The notes beneath the pieces were generated by a model. That model worked only from the letters and a program-made list of their open reading frames with translations, did not search any database and was not told the origin of the DNA. Below, in pieces: positions 50,536 to 62,245 of a stretch of 64,000 nt of DNA (positions within the stretch are counted from its first letter, which is position 1; each line of letters begins with the position of its first letter). The stretch is from contig CBFDEM010000001.1 in assembly GCA_965603825.1 (NCBI GenBank), forward strand, positions 124,001 to 188,000, in the 5' to 3' direction. Made by a program: the position numbers and the translations under genes. The stretch is from Blepharisma stoltei ATCC 30299. Lineage: Eukaryota > Protista > Ciliophora.

Positions 50536-53500
50536 TTAATACTGGATATTTAATCTTGATAAAGAATTTGGAGTTTGACGATAAGAAAAATTATTTCTTG
50601 AAGATTCATTTCTTATTACATTGATATCGGCTGCTGAAACATGGCTTCCCATTAAGAATTTGAAAAATATTGTAATGTCTGCTGATTTGTCAGTAATTAG
50701 TAAATTTGGAAGCCATTTATATTGAATTATTATCCCAGCTACTATCAAGATAAGCCAGAGTGAATATTGCACCATAGACCATAATAGTATGGAATCAAAT
50801 TTTATGAGTCAATAAACAGATGATAAAATAAAATTACACAAGATTGCTAAATAGGAAATGATCAGCCAAAGATTCATCCTGCTATAATTATAAGAGTTTT
50901 GCTTTAAGCTAATCGCAATTAGGATAAGTAGAAGGATAATGCAGCAAAGACCATGTAAGGATTCATTATAAATCTTTATCGTCTTATTCATAGAAACTAT
51001 GATTACTTGAAAAATAGACTTTTCTATAAAAAAAAGCGGATTTGTTTTGATATTAATATGATCATTAATATTCTCATAATATTCCCGAAAATAAATTGCC
51101 AAAGGGATATAAATGCCCAAAAAAAATATTGAAAGAGCTCCTCATATAGAGTATTTTTGGGTTCAGCAATATGTTGTACAATCATTTTTTATAAAAGAAT
51201 CAGTAATGCTCGAGCCTATTCCTTTATCACATTGAAAAATGCTTAAAAGGACAGAAATCATTGGAATAAATAAGAAATTTCCAATTATAGGTAGCAAAAG
51301 TAAAGATATTTTTCTAGCATGTCTCAACATCCAACTATTAAGTATTTTCAGTTTAAATAATAAAATAAAAGCTGAAAATATTCAATAGCAAGCAATAACC
51401 ATTGCAGAATATATATAAATTCAGTACATATCTCCTGTACCTGAAGAATTAAAATGGATAAGCGAATAGCTACAAGCTTTTGATAATAATATATATAAAT
51501 CACTTATATCTGGCCCTTGAGATATAAATTGGAAAAAATCAGCAGCGATAATTCCCATAAGAATATAATCTTCAAAATGTATATGGGCAGCTGTGGTCAA
51601 TTTTTTTATCGTGATATTTTTTCAAAACTTTTTTCATATAATAAGTGCTATAACGATTGTAAAAGCTACCACTGCAGCTGATATTCCATATAGTATTTTA
51701 GCGCCACTATTGGAATTAGAAATTTTGCTTTTAGGAAATGGGCAGCCATTTTCATACACTATTGTATCTGTAGGTATTGCTGTTGTGTTATCATATCACA
51801 AAATGCTTTTATATAAAGTAATCAATTGAGCACTACTAAGGTCATATTTCCCTGCAAAGTCTTCGTATAGAGATTGAATTCTCTCGTCCCATCTCAAGCT
51901 GTATATGCCTAGAGTTGGAAAACTTCTCTGATTACCTCCAGACTCAATAGACACAGTCCCAGAACAGCCTAAAAACTTTTGCTTTCTCAGGTTTTTATTT
52001 AGCACTTCATAGTTCTTAACATTCTCGCCTTGCTTTATCGTAAATTCAATTCCATTTAAAAGTAGCATCGCAGCATCAAAAGCCCAGCAGCCAAAATCTG
52101 TATAATTTCCATACTTCTTTACAAAACCATTTTTAAGCATTTCTCCATATTCCCCAATCCATTCAGTTTGCGCTATCACAATTCCTCCATACGCAATCTC
52201 CAAAAGCTTTCTTCTTTGTTCAATATCAGTCTCTAACGATAATCCATATGCAATCCTATTGTTGCACAACAAAATTAGATCCCCTTGTCTTAATCCTGCA
52301 TCATAAAAGCTTTCGAATATATATAATGCAAAAGGAGGACTCAGAAATATTACAAAAAGCCTTACTTTTAGGCTTATTATTTCAGCAAACCAGTCCTTTC
52401 ATATTGGATATTTATCTCTAGTATAATTGTCTATTTTTTGTAGGTCAGGCCTATTAGCAATTTTAATATTGAATTTTTCTGCCAACGCAATAAAATATAA
52501 ATAAGTGTTTTTATTATTATCGTCATAAAGCACGATAATATTTTTTCAGCCGAAAACAACAGCCAGGTCCAATATGACTTTCGAGTTAAATCTTTCATCT
52601 TTTACAATAGTCATAAATTCAGGAAAAGCAGTTTTATTTTGAGTAAGGCTTGAAGTCGCATATGGAGAAACGTTAGGGATTGAACTATTTAGAGATCTTA
52701 AAGCGTATAAGTATAAAATGCTAGTTCATGGAGCAAATGAAGTTAGAAAGCCAACAGCAGGAATTGTCACTAATTTAGCAAGACAAGAAAAACCGCTTGC
52801 TTGGTCATATAAGATCACGGCACAATTGCAAGGTGTGGTTGTTATTTTAAAGCCATCTAATGAGTGAAGGGTTTTATAGTAGTCTAAAGCATAAAATTCT
52901 CCAATTGATATTGTATCTAGATCAGATAGACCTAAACCTGAACTATCGTATCATATATTGATAGAAGTAGTGGGAGAGTTTGGAATTGCTAGTGAATCTC
53001 CTGGATATTTTAAAGGGTTCATTATGTATAATGTATCGTTAGCAATACTCCCCGATATGACTTTTAGACCATTTTGAATATTCAGGAGCGAAAATTTTGA
53101 AATTGGATGATGGTCAATTGTATTTTTCATTAAAAATTCAAGCAAATCTGAATTTTCAGAAGTCTGAGAAAAGCTAAGCACAAGCTTTAAAAAATTGATT
53201 ATTGCTAAACCTTCATAGCTAATATTGCTATCAGCTGTTTCTAATCCTGATTCTGTATAAGAAGCAACTCCATTTCCATATAAGTTTCATGAGCCCTCAC
53301 TTCCTACAACAACCCCAGTGCCTAGGCTAAGTAAATCTAATTTTTCTAAGCTTTTCAAAAGCAATTTTGTGCTTTCACCTTTATTTAATATGACAATATT
53401 TTTAATTCCGATAGGCTGAATTACTCTTCCTATAAATAAATCTGCTGATTTTTCGTCGTTGCTATTTGAGAAATAGAATCAATGATAATCTTTATCAAAA

Positions 53501-53958
53501 AAATAATTATAAAACTCATTATTCTCGCCATAATTTTCATCAGATATCACTATAAATGTTTGCCAATTTAGGTAAGAAATAATAGAATATAAAGTTTTTA
53601 TATGATTTTCCCACGAATTATGCATAAAAAACTCTCAGTTGCTATATAAAAAAGTTGGCTTGGCAATAGAGCCGATAATGAAATTTTGTATTTCAGCAAG
53701 TTTTTTGATTGATTCTAATAATGAAGCGCTGAAGGAAAGGTCAAAAACTATATCAGGGCTATTGATAGCTAGGCCAATATCCCAATAGTTTTCTAAATAG
53801 ACCAAGTTAAATTGAAATTCGTCTTGGAAGCTTTGCTCCACCATTACTTTCAGGTTTGAAGCAAAGCCTTGTTCTGTGTAAGGACTGTAAAGTATATCAA
53901 CAATTAGTTGGCATTCAACCAAGAATATTGGTAGCAGTAAAGCCTTTAAAATGCCCAT
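50536..53958 (-). CDS. Receptor array copy K, ~1140 aa, frame intact
   Basis: ORFs 53635-53958, 52951-53181, 51796-52272, 50809-51120 and 50536-50775 share one frame joined by TGA. Confidence 0.85.
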
Positions 53959-53999
53959 TCAACAATTAATATGAATTAATCAGAACTTATTAAATAAAA

Positions 54000-55420
54000 A
54001 TTAATTATTCAACTCATATTTTCCGCTTTATACAAAGTTTACACCGCAGGTTAAAAAATTAAATATGAAATCAGGCAAAAATATTGCTTTAAAAGGAAAT
54101 TTAATATTCTTATAATTCAAATGCTTTCTTTCTTTCTTTTGAGTGCAATTTTCAAAATTAATTATATTAAAATGGTTCTTATGGAGTTTATCACCCCTAG
54201 AATTAGCCTATGCTCATTTTTATATTGATTATAAATTGTCTTCATATGAATAGTTAAGGGATTTCAGGAATGACTATATATCAATATGCCTGTTTGCTCT
54301 TTTTAATCCACCCAAATACTTTAAAAATAATGTTTAACGTATTTAGCTCTAAGCCAATAAACTCTTGAGAATTTGACTTAAAGAGGCTAAATATTAGCTG
54401 GAATAAAAACATATTCTATTTTCTGTTCCTTCTATTATAATCTGAAGTATTGGGATCAAGCTCTATCCTTGCTTAACTTGGTTAAAACTAGGAGGAAGGT
54501 TAGCAAAATTAGCCTAAGCTCATGCCTGGATTTTTTCAAATTTAAAAAAGCATTCTATTACTAGAAGTTCATTATTTTATATCGAAAAATTTACTTTATT
54601 TGCTGCAATGTCATTTAAAAAATGTTTCATTAGTATTCAAATTCTTATGGTAACACGAGTATTGATATTCTGTCATAATTTTCAATACAGAAATAATCCA
54701 TATTATGCTTAATTCTTTAACGAAATGGATTAAAGCCAATTTTTGTCTCAGCTGCATCAATTAATTATGGGCTTTATTTTTTAGCAGTAGATTTTTATTT
54801 TTTAATTATTGTGCTTTCAAATTTGTATTTTTATAATATAAATATTAAAACTAATGCAAACTGGATTGAATATGCTGCAAAGAAATTGTCTTGCCTTAAA
54901 AATAAATGATATCAGAATGGTGCCATCGAAAATTATTTGAACATTCTAAAAAAGTTATAAAATAAAATGAAGGCGAAGAGTTTTGGTTTTATTTAATTTT
55001 ATATAAAACTCCAGCCAAGAAAGCTCCTCGTCTATTTAATCCGAGTTTAACCATGATAGAAGCGCTTATAAGCATGGTTTCAAAAGCTCTTAAAATCAAA
55101 AAAAGTGCAATTACCATCAAGCCCAGGCTGAAATTTTCTGATGCTATACATTATAAAAATTTTGATTATGAGTTCGAATTGCAAACTTCAGCTGAAAGGA
55201 TAAAAGAAAGTGAAATAATGGACAAAATACTGATGAAGAGTAGAAGTGATAAAAGAAAGCCAATATCAAATATCAGAAGATAATAGTGAGCTGGATTATC
55301 TGATTTTTCAATGGAAATAAAATATAAGTGCTTAAAATAATTATATTATTTGATGAAATGTTTTTCAGAAAAAGATAATGATTGAGTAATAATTTATCTT
55401 TTTGAATACTCTTTTTCGTT
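54000..55420. repeat. Intergenic spacer duplicated with the receptor genes (copy at ~60230-61640; partial third copy at ~49910-50190)
   Basis: Collinear matches such as gaatttgacttaaagagg, ttatgggctttatttttt, atatcagaagataatagtgagctgga, gtgcttaaaataattatattatttga. Confidence 0.75.
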
Positions 55421-55469
55421 GATAAAAGGCTTGAAACCTGTGGAACTACTTGAAAGTAAAGTAAACTAT

Positions 55470-56177
55470 TTAATTTATCAATGCATTAATGAGTAGCATT
55501 AGAAAAAATTTAAAGCTATTCCCAATGCTAAATACTTTACACTCAGGATAGCAATCGCAATCATACTCATCATAATTGCATTCCTCAACGTGGCATTCTT
55601 CTTGACAAGTAGAATCTCCAATCATATAGGTATAGCAACCTGGAGCGCATGAGGAATTCTCACAGTCACCGAAATCATAGTTACAGAAAGGCCCATTATA
55701 TTCAGGATCACAAATCCCATTTCCCAACATATCAGATGTGCAGTTAGTGGAACAACCCTTACAAGCTCCCATATCAATGTAGTAATCTATTACGTTGCAA
55801 ACCTCGTCACAGGTTCCTCCTAGCATATATTCATAGCCTAAATATAGTTTACATCCATTTCAGCAATATCCACAGTCTCCTAAATCGAACCCACAATAAG
55901 GAGGATTGCAGCTTTGATCGCAAACTCCGTTACCTAATAGTGAATAATCACAGCCTATATAATATAAGCAATCCCACAGGCAATCTGAATCGAGTATTTG
56001 ATTTTTTGGGGAAGCTGAGACTGCTGAGTCATATTCATAACAAGGAAACATACAAAGTGAGTCACAGTAATCATCTCCTCTCTATATAGATCTTACGTTT
56101 CTTTTTGGGCATACGTTTAGATTGCAAGTAATATTCAAACCCAAAGCTAAGCTTGCAATAATTAAAAACTGAAGCAT
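55470..56177 (-). pseudogene. Truncated paralog of the LNR/beta-helix gene (signal peptide + ~5 LNR repeats only), with the same two 15-nt introns
   Basis: ATG 56177 MLQFLIIASLALGLNITCNLNVCP; MFPCYEYDS..DCLWDCL; homology ends after CDCYPECK. Introns at 56082-56096 and 55838-55852. Confidence 0.75.
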
Positions 56178-56437
56178 TTCAAGGATAAAAGAAAAGAATA
56201 AGGAAAATTCTCTTTACTTATGTGGCAAATTAGGCAATCTATAAGCAGTAATGACGCTATATTTACATTTTTTATTTAGTTTAAAAGAATCATGGGCTAT
56301 ATTTAAAGAGATAGCCGGATTCAAATATATCAAAAACACTTTCAGAATTTTTAAAAACGGATCTTTCATTAAATTTAGTAGGCTTACTAAATTAAGCAGC
56401 ATTTTCCTTTAGAATACTAAAGAATTGTTGATAAGTT

Positions 56438-56690
56438 ACTTCTTCTATAATAGGAGATGGAAAATGTTATTCCTTGTTTGATAATACTGCTTACTCTTTT
56501 GATAATCACGATTGTGGAGACTGTTCTGAAATCTTTGCTAATATGCTTGGAATCTTGAATGTGATGATGTTTGCAATAATAAAGACTATAATTAGGACTA
56601 TGGAGACTTTGAATGTTCTGATGGGTACATTTTATCAGTAATTGTAAACTGTAAGGCCGAATGCCTTATGCCTATAATCAAATAAGTTCA
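56438..56690 (+). pseudogene. Decayed LNR-repeat remnant on the opposite strand
   Basis: Translates roughly to TSSIIGDGKCYSLFDNTAYSFDNHDCGDCSE..NMLG.LECDDVCNNKDYN*DYGDFECSDG..CKAECL, matching ~37130-37390 with stops and indels. Confidence 0.65.
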
Positions 56691-56734
56691 GACTTTTCAA
56701 AAAGATGCAATAATAAATTTTATTAAAGAAGCTA

Positions 56735-59700
56735 TTAAAACTGGATATTTAAGCTTGATAAAGAATTTAGATCTTGACTACTAGAAAAATTATTTCTTGC
56801 AACTTCCTTTCTTATTTTATTGATATCGGCTGCTGAAACTTGGCTCCCCATTAAAAATTTGAAAAATATTGTAATGTCTGCTCCTTTGTCAGTAATTAGC
56901 AAACTTGGAAGCAATTTGCACTGAATTATTATGCCAGCTATTAACAAGATAAGCCAGAGTGAATATTGCATCATCGACCATAATAGTAGTGAATCAAATT
57001 TTGTGAGTCAATAAAGAGATGATAAAATAAAACTTCACAAAATTGCTAAATAGGAAATGATAAGCCAAAGATTCATCCTGCTATAATTGTAAGATTTTTG
57101 CTTTAAGCTAATTACAATTAAGATAAGTAGAAGGATAATGCAGCAAAAACCATGCAGAGATTCATTATAAATCTTTATTGTCTTATTCATAGAAACTATG
57201 ATTACTTGAAAAATAGATTTTTCTATAATAAAAAGGGGATTTGTTTTGATATTAATATGATCATTAACATTCTCATAATACTTCCTAAAATAAATTGCCA
57301 AAGGGATATAAATGCCTAAAAAAATTATTGAAAGAGCTCCTCATATAGAGTATTTTTGGGTTCAGCAATATGTTGTGCAATCATTTTTTATAAAAGAATC
57401 AGTAATACTCGAGCCTATTCCTTTGTCGCATTGAAAAATGCTTAAAAGGACGGAAATGATTGGAACAAATAGCAAATCTCCAATTATAGGCAGCAAAAGT
57501 AAAGATATTTTTCTAGCATGTCTCAACATCCAACTATTAAGTATTTTCAGTTTAAATAATAAAATAAAAGCTGAAAATATCCAAAAGCAAGCAATAACCA
57601 CCGCAGAATATATATAAATTCAGTAAATATCTCGTGTAACTGAAGAATCAAAATGGATAAGCGAATAGCTGCAAACTTTTGATAATCATGCATATAAATC
57701 ATTTATGTCTGGCCCTTGAGATATAAATTGGAAAAAATCAGCAGCGATAATTCCCATAAGAATATAGTCCTCAAAATGTATATGGGCAGCTATGCTTAAT
57801 TGTTTTATAGTGATATTTTTTCAAAATTTTCTTCATATAGCAAATGCTGTAATGATTGTAAAAGCTACCACTGCAGCTGATATTCCATATAGTATTTTAG
57901 CGCCGCTATTTGAATTAGAAATTTTGCTTTTAGGAAATGGACAGCCATTTTCATAGACTATTGTGTCTGTAGGTATTACTGTTGTGTTATCATATCACAA
58001 AATGCTTTTATATAAAGTAATCAATTGCGCACTACTAAGGTCATATTGCCCGACAAGCTCCTCATATAGAGATTGAATTCTCTCGTTCCATCTCATACTG
58101 TATATACCTAGAGTTGGAAAACTTCTCTGATTACCCCCAGACTCAATAGAAACAGTCCCAGAACAGCCTATAAACTTTTGCTTTCTCAGGTTGTTATTCA
58201 GCACTTCATAATTCTTAACATTTTCGCCTTGTTTTATAGTAAACTCTATTCCATTTAAAAGTAGCATCGCAGCATCAAAAGCCCAGCAGCCAAAATCTGT
58301 ATGATTTCCATACTTCTTTACAAAACCATTTTTAAGCATTTCTCCATATTCCCCAATCCATTCAGTTTGGGCTATCACAATTCCTCCATAAGAGAGTTCT
58401 AAAAGTTTTCTTCTTTGTTCAATATCAGTCTCTAATGATAATCCATATGCAAGCCTATTGTTAGACAATATAATTATATCCCCTTGTCTTAATCCTGCAT
58501 CATAAAAGCTTTCTGCTATATATAATGAATAAGGAGGACTTAAAAATATAACAAAAAGCCTTACTTTTAGGCTAATTATTTCAGCAAATCAGTCCTTTCA
58601 TATTGGATATTTATCTTTAGTATACTCATTATCTATTTTTTGTAATTCAGGTCTGTTAGCAATTTTAATATTGAATTTTTCCGCCAACGCAATAAAGTAT
58701 AAATAAGTATTTTTATTATTATCATCATAAAGCACTATAGCATTTTTCCAGCCAAAAATAACAGCCAAGTCCAATATGACTTGTGAGTTAAATCTTTCGT
58801 CTCTTATAACAGTCATAAATTCAGGAAAAGCAGTTTTATTTTGAGTAAGACTTGAAGTTGCATATGGAGAAACGTTAGGGATCGAATAATTTAGAGATCT
58901 TAAAGCATATATATATAAAATGCTAGTTCATGGAGCAAATGAAGTTAGAAAGCCGACAGCAGGGATCGTCACTAATTTAGCAAAACAAGAAAAACCGCTT
59001 GCTTGGTCATATAAGATCATTCCGCAATTGCAAGGTGTTGTTGTTATTTCAAAGCCATCTAATGAGTGAAGGGTTTTATAGTAGTCTAAAGTATAAAATA
59101 CACCCATTGTTAGTGCATCCAGTTCAGATAGACCTAAACTTGAATTATCGTATCATATATTGATAGAAGTGGTCGGAGAGTTTGGAATTGCCAGTGAATC
59201 TCCTGGATATTTTAAAGGGTTCATTATGTATAGTGTATCATTAGCAATGCTTCCCGATATGACTTTTAGGTTATTTTGAATATTCAAAAGTGAAAATTTT
59301 GGAATTGGATGATGATCAATTGTATTTTTCATTAAAAATTTTAGCAAATCTGAATGTTCAGAAGTTTCAGAAAAACTAAGCACAAGCTTTAAAAAATTGA
59401 TCACTGCAAAACCTATATAGCTAATATTGCTATCAGCTGTTTCCAATCCTGATTCTGTATAAGAAACAACTCCATTTCCATATAAGCCTCAAGAGCCCTC
59501 ACTTCCTACAATAACCCCAGTACCAAAACCAAGTAATTCTAATTTTTCTAAGCTTTTCAAGAGCAATTGTGTGCTTTCACCTTTATTTAATATAACAATA
59601 TTTTTAACTCCGATAGGTTGAATTGCTCTTCCTATAAATAAATCTGCTGATTCTTCGTCGTTGCTATTTGAGAAATAGAATCAATGATAATCTTTATCAA

Positions 59701-60163
59701 AAAAATAATTATAAAACTCATTATTCTCGCTACAAGTTTCACCAGATATCACTATAAATGTTTGCCAATTTAGGTAAGAAACAATAGAATGTAAAGTTTT
59801 TATTTGATTTTCCCATGAATTATGCATAAAAAACTCTCAATTGCTATATAAAAAAGTTGGCTTGGCAATAGAGCCAATAATAAAATGCTGTATTTCAGCA
59901 AATTTTTTGATTGATTCTTGCAATGAAGCGCTGAAGGTAAGGTCAAAAACTATATCAGGGCTATTTATAGCTAGGCCAATATCTCAAATGTTTTCTAAAT
60001 AGACCAAATTAAATTGAAATTCGTCTTGGAAACTTTTCTCCACTATTAATTTCAGGCTTGGAGCAAAGTCTTGCTCTGTGTAAGGACTGTAAATTATATC
60101 AATAATTAGCTGTCCTTCAACAAAAATAATTGATAATACTAAAGCCTTTAAAAAAAGACCCAT
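56735..60163 (-). CDS. Receptor array copy L, ~1142 aa, frame intact
   Basis: ATG 60163 (MGLFLKALVLSIIFVEGQ). ORFs 59153-59446 down to 56735-56974 share one frame; close paralog of K. Confidence 0.85.
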
Positions 60164-62245
60164 TCAATAACTCATTTATCAGCTGATTATTATGTCGCAA
60201 TTAGTAATTTATTCACAAGTTTGATTGTCTAAAATTAATTATTCAAGCTATTCCGTTTTATACAAAAGTTTATTATTATAGGTTACAAAATTAAATATAA
60301 AATAAGGCAAAAATATTCTTTGAAAAGGATATTAAATATTCTCAGGATTTTTTTTGACTTTTATTTTCAAAATTTAATTTATAAATTAATTCTTATGAGT
60401 TTAACACCCCCACAATTAAACTATGCTCTTTTTTTATAGGAAAAGTCAAGGGATTTGAGAAATAACTATATATCAATATGTGTGATTTATCTCTTTTTAA
60501 TTCACGCAAATATTTAAAAAAGAATTTTTAGGGTATTTAGCTGTAAGCAAGTAAAATCGGTGAAATTTGACTTAAAGAGGATTACGATATTAAATGCTGG
60601 AATAAAAAAAATATTACTATTTCTGTTCATTTATTATAATGTGAGGTATTGGTATTTCTGCTTTATGCTTACTTAACTTGGCTAAAATTAGAAGGAAACT
60701 TAACGAAATTGGCCCAAGTCTCATGTTTTGATTTTTTTCGACAGCTAAACAAATCATGCTAATGCTTATGGGAATTCATTATTTTATATTGAAAAATTAC
60801 TTTATTTGCTGCTCTAACATTTAGTTAATGTTTCAGTAAGTGTCCGAGCTCTTAGCGTAGCAATTTATTGATGTTCTGTCATAATCTTCAATATAGCAAA
60901 AAGCCATATAATGCTTTATTCTTAAAGAAATGGAATTAAGTTTATTTTTGTCTCAGCTATAACAATTTATTATGGGCTTTATTTTTTAACAGATCTTTAT
61001 ATGAGGTCAGTAGATTTTTATTTTTTAATTATTATGCTTTAAAATTTGTATTTTTATACTATAGGTATTAAAACTAATACAAACTTGATTGAATATGCTG
61101 TCAAAAAAATTGCCTACCTTAAAGAGTTTCGTTTCTCATATATAGTAGAGTTGAATTCATAATTAAGCTGGTTATGACAAAAAATTATGATAAAATTCTA
61201 AAAAAGAGTTTTAGTTTTATTCAAATTTATATAAAACTCAAAAAAAGCCCCTCCTTTATTTAATCCAAGTTTAGCAATGACAGATGTTTTATAAGCACGA
61301 ATCCAAAATCTCTTGAAATTGAAGAAAGTCTAATTATCATTAAGCCCAGGCTTAGATTTATGATACTCTACATTGAAAAATTCTAATTATGACTTCGAAA
61401 TGTAACCTTCAGCTGAAAGACAAAAGAAAGTGAAAAATGGACCAAAAATGAAGAGGGGAAGTGATAAAGAAAGCGAACATCAAATATCAGAAGATAATAG
61501 TGAGCTGGAGGAGATTGATTAATTACCATATTTCACTGGAATTAAATATAAGTGCTTAAAATAATTATATTATTTGAGGAATAGCTTTAAGAAAAAGATA
61601 ATGATTCAGTAATATTTTATCTTTTAAATTCTCTTTTTTTAGTTAATGATAAGAATTATAAAGCAGCCTTTTTAATTTATCGGATGCATTAATAAAAGAT
61701 TTAACTAAAATTGCTATGCCTCCTATATATTTTTCAATTTACGATATTTTTATATAAAACTCTTATCTATATCAATTCTTCTTTGCAATCTCCAATTGAA
61801 TTTTTTATTTTTTTAATTTCGTATCAAAGATCATCAAATTTATTTTAGTAATGAAATCAAGCCATTCGAATTTGTATGTTTCTAGTTCTGTCATTTCTTG
61901 TAGTTTGGTTGCATCTACTAGCAATAAGCAATGAGACTTTACGTTTAAATAATCTACTTCAAACACATCTTTTAGTCTATTAATAAAATTCCTTCTTTCT
62001 ATTTTTGAATATTAGTTAAGTCTTTAAAACATGTCTAACTAAACACATTTCAAACAAATCATTTGGATTCTCATTCTTTTTAATTTTCAAATCTTTAAAA
62101 AAGCTATTCCGTAGCGTCATTGGGCTTTAATCCTAGTTTCTTCGACTAAAAGCATATTAAGTTTCCAAAATAAAGCTTTTTGATTATACCTTTTTATTTA
62201 AAAGTCATTAATTATAATAAAGTCTTATTAAAGAGGCTATTAAAA

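Noticed and set aside
55053-55283. 76-aa plus-strand ORF in the K-L spacer
   Set aside because: The homologous spacer copies (~50040 and ~61275) have indels and stops and do not preserve the frame.
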